A stretch of DNA of 64,000 bases from a virus: the IMG/VR virus record IMGVR_UViG_3300035704_000001, positions 86,823 to 150,822 of that record. One strand, written 5' to 3'. The translations under genes were made by a program, and so were the position numbers. This document shows, piece after piece, positions 25,812 to 35,391 of the stretch. The notes under the pieces were generated by a model. It worked only from the letters and a program-made list of their open reading frames with translations. It was not told the DNA's origin and did no database searches. Positions within the stretch are counted from its first letter, which is position 1, and the number at the start of each line of letters is the position of its first letter.

Positions 25812-26303
25812 ATGACCACTCCGTACCAGGGCTTCGCTCCAGGGCAGAGCGGCATGCGGATGTTCTACACCTCCACCTGCCGGGTGCTGCGCAACGTCCC
25901 GGTGATGGAATCCGGCGGCGGCATGCTGCTCGGCTGGCAGCCGGTGACCGTCATCGTGGACCCGATCCTGGACCAGCCCGGCCTGCTGCAGTGCCGGCTC
26001 GACCTGCACCTGGTCCGCCCCGGCAAGGATGCCCCGGCGCCGATGGTGGCCGGCCGCGCGCCGGACCGGGTGGGCGTCGCGTTCTTCGACCTGAATCCCG
26101 GGCCGTCCGGTGCCCCGCTGGTGCTGGCCGGCGACCGGCTGGAGTGCGTGGCCGGGCCGATCTTCGGTACCTTCGACATCCGGGTGATCCCCGACGTCGC
26201 GCAGGACCTGGCCGGCGGCCACCACATCGAGGTGCAGGTGATCGAGGTCAGCCAGATGCTCCAGCCGGGCAGCCCGACGCCGTTCCCGGGGAGCCCGCCG
26301 TGA
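25812..26303 (+). CDS. putative head closure/stopper protein
   Basis: LAGDRL...HHIEVQV beta-barrel pattern; synteny. Confidence 0.55.
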   Translation: MTTPYQGFAPGQSGMRMFYTSTCRVLRNVPVMESGGGMLLGWQPVTVIVDPILDQPGLLQCRLDLHLVRPGKDAPAPMVAGRAPDRVGVAFFDLNPGPSGAPLVLAGDRLECVAGPIFGTFDIRVIPDVAQDLAGGHHIEVQVIEVSQMLQPGSPTPFPGSPP

Positions 26304-26454
26304 TCCGGGTCCGGCTGAGCGCCCGCGGACATGGCTGGCCGTGGTGGAAGGCCTACGCCCATCGCCCCTGGTACTGGCACCGGTTCTGCGTCAGCGCTGA
26401 CGGCTGGTACTTCGCGTTCTGGCGGCTGCGTGTCCGTGTCGGGAGCCCGCCGTA

Positions 26455-26877
26455 ATGCCGGTTCACTGGGACTTCTACGGGGCCGGGGTCGAGGCCGAGC
26501 TGGACCGCATCGCCCGCGGGCCGGATCAGCGCACCATCGCGGCCTGGGAGACGGCGCTGCTGGCCGGCTACGCCATGTCCGAGGCCCGCGCGCACGTGAT
26601 CACCGGCGCGCTGAAGGCCTCGGGGCACCCGTCCAGTCATCACGGCGAGGGCAGCTGGGAGGGCACCATCTCCTTCGCCGGCAAGCCCGGCATCTTCGAG
26701 CTGGCCCGCGGCGACAAGCCGACCGGCAACCACCCCGAGGGCGGGCACTACTTCTTCGACCCGGGCGGCCCGCTGTTCGAGCGCCAGGTGCGGCAGGCGT
26801 TCTGGGACTGGATCACCGGCGGCAAGGGCGGTTCGGCCCCGTCCGAGGGACTTGGCCCCTATTCCGGAGGCGACTGA
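26455..26877 (+). CDS. putative neck protein (HK97 gp10-like)
   Basis: HVITGALKASG motif; synteny. Confidence 0.55.
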   Translation: MPVHWDFYGAGVEAELDRIARGPDQRTIAAWETALLAGYAMSEARAHVITGALKASGHPSSHHGEGSWEGTISFAGKPGIFELARGDKPTGNHPEGGHYFFDPGGPLFERQVRQAFWDWITGGKGGSAPSEGLGPYSGGD

Positions 26878-27101
26878 TGGCCAGCACCACGATCTACCAC
26901 ACCCAGCGTGGCTTCGGCCTGTGCCATGCCCCGAATTACTCCGAGGTCGGCGCCGGGCTGACCCACCCCGAGCACGGGCGGCTGGTGTCTTGCTGGGTGT
27001 GCGGGCACCTCGGGGTCATCCCCGAACAGGGCCATGAGCTGGAGTTCATGCCGCCGGGCACCGAGCGGGGCCCCGACGGAGGCTTCGTCCTGCGGACATA
27101 G
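26877..27101 (+). CDS. small hypothetical protein (CxxC)
   Basis: TGATG coupling; CWVCG. Confidence 0.45.
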   Translation: MASTTIYHTQRGFGLCHAPNYSEVGAGLTHPEHGRLVSCWVCGHLGVIPEQGHELEFMPPGTERGPDGGFVLRT

Positions 27102-27262
27102 TGAAGCGGGCAGCACCGGGGGGGAGGGTGCTGCCCGCTTCATGATCCGGACCCATGCGCCAGGCTGGCAAGCCGCGGGACACGCGCCGGTGTTCGCGTC
27201 CTCACGTTACAGGGCCGGCCGCGTGGCGCGGCGGGCGAAACGCCGAGAACGATTAACCAGGC

Positions 27263-27802
27263 ATGGACGACGTGGGCACCGGCGCGGTTAAGCTCCTGAC
27301 TGCCTGCGACGACGTGACTGAGCTGCTGGGCCTGTTCTCGCTGGCCGATCCGGTCGCGCCCAACGCCGGCCGCCCCTGGATCTTCGCCGACACCATCTCG
27401 CTGGCCGGGGCGCCCGGCGTGCTGACCCGGGTCGAGGGCACCCAGCAGGCTGCCCTGGTGCTGTCCGACTTCGGCGGCTGGGAGGCCCCGGCGATGCTGG
27501 CCTCGGCCCGGTTCCGGCGGCTGCGGGTGGACGTCTGGGTCGACCCGGTCCGCGACGGCAACAGCAACGTCGCCGAGACGTCAGCGCTGACGACCAACCG
27601 CGGGCTCGCGGTGTTCGCCGCGGCGCACAGCCACCTGCAGCGCCGGGACAGCGACGTGCAGATCTGGGGCGACCTGGTGACCTTCGGCTGCCAGCTACTC
27701 GCCGACATCACCTTCTCCCCCGTGCCGGACGGCGACTGGCTGCAGCGCGGCACCGCCTATTACGGGGTGTACTGCGCCGGCTGGACCGACGCTGCCGAAT
27801 AG
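27263..27802 (+). CDS. putative tail terminator/completion protein
   Basis: RLRVDVW pattern; synteny; CGAT-N9 start. Confidence 0.55.
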   Translation: MDDVGTGAVKLLTACDDVTELLGLFSLADPVAPNAGRPWIFADTISLAGAPGVLTRVEGTQQAALVLSDFGGWEAPAMLASARFRRLRVDVWVDPVRDGNSNVAETSALTTNRGLAVFAAAHSHLQRRDSDVQIWGDLVTFGCQLLADITFSPVPDGDWLQRGTAYYGVYCAGWTDAAE

Positions 27803-28000
27803 ATCCCCGGTTCCGCGTAAGCCAGGCCCCCCGGCCTGGTCTGTCCGGTCGAGGAGGTCCCCCTATGCACTACTGCGTCGGCTGCGGCAGGTTCCGGGCT
27901 CTCGTCGCGGTCATCTTGCTGTGTTCCGAGTGCTACGGCGACTGGCTTCGGCTGACCCCGGTCCGATTGCGCGACAGGGAAATGATGCCGAGGGAGGCCC

Positions 28001-29296
28001 ATGTCCGAGCGCCCGCTCAAGGTCCTGGTCAAGAGCCCGTTTTCGCAGTTCAGCGGTTACGGGACCGACGGGTTCGGAATCCTGCGTGCCCTGCAGGAGT
28101 GGGGCTGCGACGTCTACCCGCAGCCTGTCTGGCTGGACGTGCCGGTCCCGCGCGACCTGATGCCCCTGTTCACCCGGGAGCTGCGGCCGCCGTTCGACCT
28201 GCTCATCAACCACTGGGACCCGGCCCACCTGTCCATCACCCGCGAGGCACGGGGGTGCGCGCGGGTGGCGGTGGCCTGGACCATGTGGGAGTTCGCCTCC
28301 GGACCCGGGCCCTACCCGTGCCGCCGGCACCTGCGCGATCCCGGGTCCGGCTGCCCGCCGATGGCCGAGTGCCCGCGGTGCACCAGGGGCCCGGTCTCCG
28401 GCCTGGTGCCGCACTGCAAGGGCCGGTCCAAGCTGCCCGCCTCGCTGAAGTGGTTCGACCTGGTGCTGGGCTACGACGAGGTGTCCCTGGAGGCGCTGTC
28501 CTCGGTGATCCCGAAGAAGACGGCCAGCGGCATCCTCCAGGGCGGCTTCGACTCCCGCGAGTGGAAGTTCAGCGCGCGGGACTGGAGCAGCGAGCCCGGT
28601 GCCCGGTTCGGCTTCATCATGCACGGCGCGCTGAACGCCCGCAAGCAGCCGTGGGTCTCGATCGAGGCGTTCAACCAGCTCAAGTTCGAGAAGCCCGGGC
28701 CCGGGCCGGGCGGTTTCGGGGACGCCACCCTGGCCCTGCACACCAACGCGCCGGGCCTGCTGTTCCCCGAGCTGAACCAGCCGTTCGAGAGCCAGCGCAT
28801 CCGGGTGTTCGTCGATGCCTTCGACCACTCCACGCTGGAGGACTTCTACCGGTCCGGGCACGTGCTGCTGGCACCGTCCAGGGGCGAGGGCAAGAACCTG
28901 CCGGCCCTGGAGATGCAAGCCACCGGCGGGGTGGTGGCAGGTACCGACTTCGGCGGTCACCGGCAGTGGATGCGCGCGGACGCCGCCTACCCGCTGCCGT
29001 ACACCCTGGCTCCCACGTTCGACCGGCTCCCCTGGGCCGCGCACGACGCCCGGGTCTCGGTGGAGGACATGAAGACCGCGCTGTGGCACATCTACACCCA
29101 CCGCGAGGAGGCCCGGCGCAAGGCCGAGCTGGCCAGCCGGCTCATCCCGCAGATGTGCGACTGGTCGGTGGTCATCGAGAACCTGTTCCGCCGGGTACGG
29201 GATACCGTGCCCGGCCCGGGGCCCGAGGTCTACGACCGGGCCATGGCATGCCGGCGCGAGGCTGAGCAAGCCCGGATGCCGGGGTTCCCGGGGTGA
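28001..29296 (+). CDS. GT-B glycosyltransferase (GT4-like)
   Basis: FSGYG N-terminus, RK, LLAPSRGEGKNLPALEMQATG (Ex7E). Confidence 0.88.
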   Translation: MSERPLKVLVKSPFSQFSGYGTDGFGILRALQEWGCDVYPQPVWLDVPVPRDLMPLFTRELRPPFDLLINHWDPAHLSITREARGCARVAVAWTMWEFASGPGPYPCRRHLRDPGSGCPPMAECPRCTRGPVSGLVPHCKGRSKLPASLKWFDLVLGYDEVSLEALSSVIPKKTASGILQGGFDSREWKFSARDWSSEPGARFGFIMHGALNARKQPWVSIEAFNQLKFEKPGPGPGGFGDATLALHTNAPGLLFPELNQPFESQRIRVFVDAFDHSTLEDFYRSGHVLLAPSRGEGKNLPALEMQATGGVVAGTDFGGHRQWMRADAAYPLPYTLAPTFDRLPWAAHDARVSVEDMKTALWHIYTHREEARRKAELASRLIPQMCDWSVVIENLFRRVRDTVPGPGPEVYDRAMACRREAEQARMPGFPG

Positions 29297-29347
29297 GCCG
29301 GCGGCCATCATCATCGTGATCTGGGGCGAGACCGGGGAGGCCGGGGG

Positions 29348-29632
29348 GTGACGATTGCGGAGTGTGTGGAGCAGACCGAGGTCGAGGTCCGCTGCCCGGT
29401 AGACAAGCCCCTGCCCGGCGGGGACTGCCGCCCCGGCAGGCTGCTGATGAAGCTGCGGCTCGGCGGCGGCATCCCGAGCTTCGTCCACCCGGACAACCTG
29501 ATCGAGCTGTCCTGCACCGACTGCAAGGAGGCAGCCCGGCAGGCCGGGCGCCCGGTCAGGCGGGTACTGCACCGCTTCGACCTGGCCGGAAGTCTTGTGG
29601 AGACTCTGGTGGAGACGCTGACGGAGAGTTAG
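29348..29632 (+). CDS. small Cys-containing hypothetical protein
   Basis: VRCP...CTDC. Confidence 0.55.
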   Translation: MTIAECVEQTEVEVRCPVDKPLPGGDCRPGRLLMKLRLGGGIPSFVHPDNLIELSCTDCKEAARQAGRPVRRVLHRFDLAGSLVETLVETLTES

Positions 29633-29669
29633 CTGGCGGTTAGGCTCACCTGCGGGAGGTGGGCAACCT

Positions 29670-30140
29670 ATGCCTAGAGCAGGGAGCGGGCACCTGTACG
29701 CGGCGGACCCGGAGCTGGCGGGAATCCTGGCGCAGATGCCCCGGGAGGAGGTCAGGTGCCGCCGCGGGCACCACCGGTGGGCCCGGGACACGGTGCTGCC
29801 CGGCGACGCCTGGCCGGCGGTGGTGCGGGCCTGGCCGACTGGCGATGGCCGGATCAAGGTCGAAGACCCGTGCGTGGACTGCGGGCTGGCCTGGCGGGTG
29901 ACCAGGACCGGCTATGACGGGACGCTGGACGCGTTCGCCCGGTCGCACATCGTCTACCACGAGGACTGGGTGCGCGTCCCGCAGGGCCTGGACCGGCGCA
30001 AGCGGACGATCGGGCGCGAGGGCGACCGCCGCGGGAAGAAGCAGAACACCGCCAGCCTGGCGGCCGCGCTGGCCCGGACCGAGCGGTCCGGGGCGCAACC
30101 GGTGCAGCCGGTCCGGTTCGCGCATGCGGACGCCGGCTGA
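29670..30140 (+). CDS. hypothetical zinc-binding phage protein
   Basis: CRRGHHRW...CVDCG. Confidence 0.6.
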   Translation: MPRAGSGHLYAADPELAGILAQMPREEVRCRRGHHRWARDTVLPGDAWPAVVRAWPTGDGRIKVEDPCVDCGLAWRVTRTGYDGTLDAFARSHIVYHEDWVRVPQGLDRRKRTIGREGDRRGKKQNTASLAAALARTERSGAQPVQPVRFAHADAG

Positions 30141-30607
30141 TGCCTGCCGTCCACCAGGTCATCCTGTATGACGACAAGGCCTGGCCGGAGCATGTCAGGG
30201 CGCAGGAGGTGGTCCGGGTCACGGTGCACTGGCAGGAGATCGGCGACGGCCCGGCCCGCGGCCGGGAGGATGTCGAGCTGTACCTGACCGCAGCCGGGCG
30301 GGTGGACCTGGTAACGGGGCTGAAGGAGTACTTCGACATCGGCCACCGGCCCGGCGCCGCGACCGCCAAGCCGGCGCGGGAGACCTGGACCGGCGGCTCC
30401 CGGCAGGCGTCACTCGACTACTGGCGAGATGTCCGCGACTTCGCTGACCTGTTCGGGCTGAAGCACAGGAAAGACCCGGGCAAGCCTGCCTACGAGACCC
30501 CGGCCGGCTCGTGGTCCTACCCGGGGTGGCTGCGGGAGGCCTACGCCCGCTGGATGGCCGCGGGCAGCCCGGCTCCGGGCGGCGACTGGGTTCCGGAGGA
30601 GGAGTAG
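30140..30607 (+). CDS. Lsr2-like protein
   Basis: N-terminus VILYDD...VELYLT....DL...LKEYFDIGHR resembles Lsr2 dimerisation domain; VRDFA resembles IREWA. Confidence 0.55.
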   Translation: MPAVHQVILYDDKAWPEHVRAQEVVRVTVHWQEIGDGPARGREDVELYLTAAGRVDLVTGLKEYFDIGHRPGAATAKPARETWTGGSRQASLDYWRDVRDFADLFGLKHRKDPGKPAYETPAGSWSYPGWLREAYARWMAAGSPAPGGDWVPEEE

Positions 30608-30876
30608 TGGCAGGCGGCTGGAGGCACGTCACCGACGAGCAGGCCCGGTACCGCGGGTCCGGCACCCTGGAGGCCGGCGGTGACGTCGAGGAGTTCGCCC
30701 GGGACATGTTCGGCATGGTCTGGTGGCTGGCGGCACAGCTGGCTGCCCTGGAGGTGAGCCAGGCCGCGGAAGATGAGGTGCTGCGGGAGCACGCGCTGCC
30801 CTGGGTCCGGGTAGCGGGCGAGTACACGCCCGAGGGGTTCGCCCTGGGAGGGCTGGCCGACGGCACGGAGCGCTGA
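30607..30876 (+). CDS. hypothetical protein
   Basis: coupled to upstream stop. Confidence 0.4.
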   Translation: MAGGWRHVTDEQARYRGSGTLEAGGDVEEFARDMFGMVWWLAAQLAALEVSQAAEDEVLREHALPWVRVAGEYTPEGFALGGLADGTER

Positions 30877-31137
30877 GTGCCCGGCATGCGGCCCGTCCCC
30901 CACGGCATCCACCGCGAGCGGGTCGGCGACTGCCAGCCGGCTACCTGGTATGTCGTGTGGCTGGGCGCGCCGCATGCCGATGGCTCAGTAGTGATCGGCC
31001 GGTCAAAGCGGCTGGGCGCGCACCAGCTGCACCGGTTCTTCCCCGAGCGGCCGGGCGTGGCCTGCGAGGACATCAAGGGCTGGGTTACCGGGGCCCTGTG
31101 GCTGAAGGAAGTGCATGATGGCGCTCCGCCTGATTGA
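30877..31137 (+). CDS. hypothetical protein
   Basis: 86-aa ORF in operon. Confidence 0.4.
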   Translation: MPGMRPVPHGIHRERVGDCQPATWYVVWLGAPHADGSVVIGRSKRLGAHQLHRFFPERPGVACEDIKGWVTGALWLKEVHDGAPPD

Positions 31138-31287
31138 CCTGCGCAGGGCAGCGGCGCACGAGTATCCCGAGCTGCGCGGCGGCCCCGGGCGGCTGACCTG
31201 GTGGCAGGTCAACTGCTGGTGGGTTACCGCCGCCGCCATCTTGTACTCCGACATGCTCCTGTGGATCGCGGTGACGATCACGCGGGG

Positions 31288-31893
31288 GTGAGCAAGCCGC
31301 TGACGCTGCCCCTGTCCGTGCCCGTGGTGATGGCCCCGCCGGCCCCCGGTGACTTCTGCTGCGTGCCGGTCTCCGGCTGGACCGGGTTCGGCATCGAGCT
31401 GGGCCAGTGGCTGGGCGGCGACAAGTTCCAGGCGTACGACCACGCGGAGATTTTCGTCGGGCAGGCCGACGCCGCGGGCCCGCACGGCTACACCGTCAGC
31501 GCCTACCCGGACAACGGGAAGAAGGGGAAGACCGGCCGGCGGCCGCTGCCGTGCGACCCGGCGCAGCTGCCGGGCTCGCTGTGGTCCTCGGGCCTGATCG
31601 CGCTGACCGGCCCCGAGCGGTCCGCCATCCTGGGCTGGGCGATGGACCACGCTGACGTCCGGTACAGCTTCGCCGACTACGGCGCACTGATTATGCACCG
31701 CCTGCGGCTGGACACCGCCTGGCTGCAGGAGTACATCGCATCGAGCACGCACCTGATCTGCTCCCAGTTCGTCGATGCGGCCTACGGCGAGGGCGGCAAC
31801 GTCCACCTGTTCTCTGATGACAGGTGGCCGGGCTACGTCAAGCCGGGTGACCTCGCGGGCATGCTCCAGGACCTGATGGCCCAGGCGCGCTGA
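31288..31893 (+). CDS. permuted papain-like NlpC/P60 amidase (YiiX/YaeF-like)
   Basis: YDHAEIFVG (His first), YSF.DY, LICSQFVD (Cys last); CGAT-N9 start. Confidence 0.8.
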   Translation: MSKPLTLPLSVPVVMAPPAPGDFCCVPVSGWTGFGIELGQWLGGDKFQAYDHAEIFVGQADAAGPHGYTVSAYPDNGKKGKTGRRPLPCDPAQLPGSLWSSGLIALTGPERSAILGWAMDHADVRYSFADYGALIMHRLRLDTAWLQEYIASSTHLICSQFVDAAYGEGGNVHLFSDDRWPGYVKPGDLAGMLQDLMAQAR

Positions 31894-32114
31894 GGTGGAT
31901 TCTGCGGGCCTGCACCGCCGTCCGCCGCCGCCGCTCGCCTGGAGGCTCTGGCACGGGCTGAGGCGCACGCTGGCCGCGTGCTGGCCGGGCTGGGTGAACG
32001 CGCTCCGGATCGCCCTGCTGCTGGCTGTGCTGGTGCTGCACATCATCGGCTGGCTGCCCTAGGCGCGGGCGGCCGATTCGGCAAGGCAGACACCGCCTAT
32101 CGAGGAGGCCCCCG

Positions 32115-32918
32115 ATGCCTGCTGCCGGCAAGCTCGGCCGACTGCCCATGGACCCGGAGCGCCCGCGGCTCACCCTGGAGAAGTACCTCAGCCCCCGCAC
32201 CCCGCTGGCCAGGGCCGGCCTGCCGGCGGTGCCGCTGAAGAGGGACGTGGACCGGCTCAGCCGGGTCTCCAGCTGGCCGATGTACGTCAACGACCAGCTC
32301 GGCTGCTGCACCATCGCGGCCGCGGGCCACATGTTCGGGGCCTGGAACGTCTACGCCGGCCGGCCCGAGGTGCTGTTCAGCGATGACGAGATCATCAGGA
32401 CCTACTCCGCGGTCGGCGGCTACGTGCCCGGCGAGGCGGACACCGACCAGGGCTGCGTCATGGCCGACGTGCTGGCCTACCTCAAGAACACCGGCATGAC
32501 CGACACCGCCGGCAAGGTGCACAAGATCTCCGGGTACGCCGCGTTCGGCAACCCGGCCGACGAGCTGCTGCTGGGCCAGGTCGTGGACGTCTTCGGCTCG
32601 GTCTACACCGGCTTCAACGTGCAGCAGCACATGATGGACGAGTTCGAGGACGGCCAGGTGTGGACCTGGCAGCCGGGGGACGAGGAGGTCGGCGGGCACT
32701 GCGTCCCGCTGCAGCGGCGCGAGGCAGCGGGCTCCCGGCACGGCATCCTGGACTACATCACCTGGGCGGTCGAGCAGCACGCCGACTTCGGCTGGCAGGC
32801 CGGCGCGGTCGAGGAGGCCTGGGCCGTGGTCACGAACGACTGGCTGGAGACGAACGGCTCGACGGCTGACGGGCTGGACCTGACCCAGCTGCTGGCCGAC
32901 ACGCGCTACGTAGGGTAA
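32115..32918 (+). CDS. papain-like (C1) cysteine peptidase
   Basis: NDQLGCCTIAA, GGHCV, YITW. Confidence 0.75.
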   Translation: MPAAGKLGRLPMDPERPRLTLEKYLSPRTPLARAGLPAVPLKRDVDRLSRVSSWPMYVNDQLGCCTIAAAGHMFGAWNVYAGRPEVLFSDDEIIRTYSAVGGYVPGEADTDQGCVMADVLAYLKNTGMTDTAGKVHKISGYAAFGNPADELLLGQVVDVFGSVYTGFNVQQHMMDEFEDGQVWTWQPGDEEVGGHCVPLQRREAAGSRHGILDYITWAVEQHADFGWQAGAVEEAWAVVTNDWLETNGSTADGLDLTQLLADTRYVG

Positions 32919-32933
32919 CCCGATTAGCCCGGT

Positions 32934-33305
32934 ATGGACGCGGGCACCCTGGCGGCGCTCCTCACCATCGCCGTGACGGTGGCGGGGATCGTTTCCGGCG
33001 TGGCCGGGCACCTGCTGGGCCGGCGCTCTGCTTCGGGCCGGGTGTCCACCTCCGAGGCCAGCGTGCTGTGGGACCAGTCGCAGGACATGCGCCATTCGCA
33101 GGAAGACCGGCTAGCCCGCACCGAGGACCAGCGGGACAAGCTCATCGCTGCCTACACCACGCAGGTGCTGCCGATGCTGGCTGACATCAGCGCCCTGGTC
33201 ACCGGCCTGACCGCGACTGTCTCCGACGGGTTCGAGGAGATCCGCCATCTCTCTGTGCTCCTGCAGCAAGGGGGTGACCGTGCGATATCTTCGCCGGACC
33301 CGTGA
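32934..33305 (+). CDS. membrane protein, N-terminal TM + coiled coil (lysis-cassette type)
   Basis: LAALLTIAVTVAGIVSGVAG; CGAT-N9 start. Confidence 0.6.
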   Translation: MDAGTLAALLTIAVTVAGIVSGVAGHLLGRRSASGRVSTSEASVLWDQSQDMRHSQEDRLARTEDQRDKLIAAYTTQVLPMLADISALVTGLTATVSDGFEEIRHLSVLLQQGGDRAISSPDP

Positions 33306-33477
33306 GCCGCCTGCGCCGCCTGCGCCTGCGGATGACCTGCAGGACAGGGATGACCAGATCGACGACCTACTGGCTACGGCTGCGCAGCTGACCCGGGAAC
33401 TTCGCGAGGCCATCGCCTCCGCCTCGGTCACGCTGCGCAGGCCGAGGCGGATGGAGGGAGATCATGACGCCAGGTGA
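33274..33477 (+). CDS. small hypothetical protein
   Basis: overlapping operon arrangement. Confidence 0.45.
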   Translation: MTVRYLRRTREPPAPPAPADDLQDRDDQIDDLLATAAQLTRELREAIASASVTLRRPRRMEGDHDAR

Positions 33478-33922
33478 GAGCGGGGAGCTGGGGCAGGACG
33501 AGCGGCCGGACCGGGAGCCCCTGCCGGGTGACGGCGCGCTGTCCGAGCCTGAGCTGGCCCGGCTGGAAGCCATCAGCGACACGCTGGACAGGGTATCCAC
33601 CCGGATCGAGACGGTGGCCGGGCGTGAGCGCACGACCCGGCACATGACCTGGTGGCTGGCGGGCTCGTTCGCGCTCGACATCGTGCTGACCATCGTCGTC
33701 ACCATCTTGACCATCAGTGCCATCGGCCAGTCGTCCTCGCTGCACCAGTCCCAGCTGGCCGCGTGCGCCATCGGCAACCAGACGCGGACCGAGCAGCTGC
33801 AGCTCTGGGAGTTCCTGTTCAAGCTCACCGGCGGGGCCAAGACCCCGCAGGAGCAGAAGCTGCTCAAGTTCGTCCAGCACACGTTCACCCCGGTCAACTG
33901 CGCCCAGGTCTACCGCCAGTAG
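33464..33922 (+). CDS. single-TM membrane protein with two Cys (lysis-cassette type)
   Basis: WWLAGSFALDIVLTIVVTILTISAIG; C...C extracytoplasmic part. Confidence 0.6.
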   Translation: MTPGESGELGQDERPDREPLPGDGALSEPELARLEAISDTLDRVSTRIETVAGRERTTRHMTWWLAGSFALDIVLTIVVTILTISAIGQSSSLHQSQLAACAIGNQTRTEQLQLWEFLFKLTGGAKTPQEQKLLKFVQHTFTPVNCAQVYRQ

Positions 33923-33976
33923 CGCGCCTGCCGATTAACCCGGTCAGACGCACAGCCGAGCAGGAGAGGCGCGGAC

Positions 33977-34639
33977 ATGCCGACGGCCAGCAACACGTTC
34001 CCCGGAACGCCGTTCGAGGGCTTCTCGCTCTCGCACGCCGCCATCCTGGACGGCTCCACCGGAGCGGAAAGCGCCACTGTTTATGGCGTGCGCAACGGCA
34101 CCATTTCCACGGACCAGGGCAACTTCGAAAACACCGGTGACGATGTTGTCCTTTCCGAGCATTTCTGGATTAACTTCGCAAACGTCACCATCGAGGAAGG
34201 GTACATTCCTTTCTCGACCATTGCGAAGATCACCGGCACGACCGTGACCAGCAGCGGAGCTGCCGGAGCGGACTACTACGCCATCCCGCTGTGGACCCTG
34301 GCCTCCATGAACCAGGTGACCCAGCCGCTGGCTATCCGGGTGCCTTCCAAGGACGCCGGCGGGCAGATCCGGACGCTCGACTTCGTGCTTTACCGGGTGC
34401 AATTCCAGCCGTTTAACTTCACCGGCCCGTCGTACAAGACCGGCCTTTCCTGCTCCATTGCGGGGCGCGCCCTGTTCTCCACCGTCAACGAGATCGGGAC
34501 CTCGCTGCCGGCCGCCTACGGCGGGGCGTCGGGCACCTCCGGTACCGCCATCGGCCGCCTGGTCTCCTGGCCCGGCTCGGTCACCGGCGCCTTCACCCCC
34601 GAGCCCTTCCAGTCGGTGGCCTCGGGCGGCGTGGTCTAA
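33977..34639 (+). CDS. major tail protein
   Basis: FENTGDD loop, beta-rich, upstream of chaperone and tape measure. Confidence 0.75.
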   Translation: MPTASNTFPGTPFEGFSLSHAAILDGSTGAESATVYGVRNGTISTDQGNFENTGDDVVLSEHFWINFANVTIEEGYIPFSTIAKITGTTVTSSGAAGADYYAIPLWTLASMNQVTQPLAIRVPSKDAGGQIRTLDFVLYRVQFQPFNFTGPSYKTGLSCSIAGRALFSTVNEIGTSLPAAYGGASGTSGTAIGRLVSWPGSVTGAFTPEPFQSVASGGVV

Positions 34640-34891
34640 GTGGCCCGCGAGCGGAAGAACTGGCCGGACGACGGCTCCCACTCTGCGGAGCCGGGCTTCC
34701 CGGTGCCCGAGGGCATCAAGGGCTGGTGCTTCCGCTGCCAGGCCTACTGCGGCGGCGAGGACCCGGGCATCAAGTGCAACTGCTGCCGGGGCAACCCGCC
34801 GCCGGAGCGGGAGGCAGCCACCGGAGCCGACGTCATCGAGCGGCAGCAGCAGGACCCGGACCTGCGCGACGACAGCGGATCTAGGCCGTAG
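34640..34891 (+). CDS. small Cys-rich hypothetical protein
   Basis: CFRCQAYC...CNCC. Confidence 0.45.
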   Translation: MARERKNWPDDGSHSAEPGFPVPEGIKGWCFRCQAYCGGEDPGIKCNCCRGNPPPEREAATGADVIERQQQDPDLRDDSGSRP

Positions 34892-34899
34892 GAGGACCA

Positions 34900-35337
34900 G
34901 TGGCAGAGCGGAAGTCCGCGCAGGAGCGGGCCGAGGAGCGGGACGCCGAGCAGGCCCGGCTGGAGCGGGAGCGCGCCGGCACGCAGGCCGGCACGCACAT
35001 GAAGGCACCGGACGAGCCGGCGCGCGGGCAGCAGGCTAACGCCCGCCAGACCGGGGACCAGGACAAGGCGGAGCCCGGCCTGCCCAGCCCGGTGCGCGCG
35101 GAGGACCGCGACCAGGAGTCCTACGACCGGGAGATGTCCGGCCGTCGGCGCGGCCGCCGCGGTGACCGGGACCCGGAGCGCGAGGAGTACGAGCGCGAGC
35201 GCGAGCGCGACTCGCACCTGCCGCTGGAGGAGCGCCGCCCCGAGTTCCTGACCGAGGAAGAGCGGACCGAGCAGGTGGAGCACATCCACCGGCTGTACCC
35301 GAAGGGGTACTCGCCGACCGCCGGCCTGGGCGAGTAG
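34900..35337 (+). CDS. highly charged (E/R-rich) hypothetical protein
   Basis: GGAGG SD; low complexity. Confidence 0.55.
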   Translation: MAERKSAQERAEERDAEQARLERERAGTQAGTHMKAPDEPARGQQANARQTGDQDKAEPGLPSPVRAEDRDQESYDREMSGRRRGRRGDRDPEREEYERERERDSHLPLEERRPEFLTEEERTEQVEHIHRLYPKGYSPTAGLGE

Positions 35338-35391
35338 TCCGATAGCACCCGGCGAGCGCGACACTGCGCTCCCAGAGTCCCTGGAGGACCG

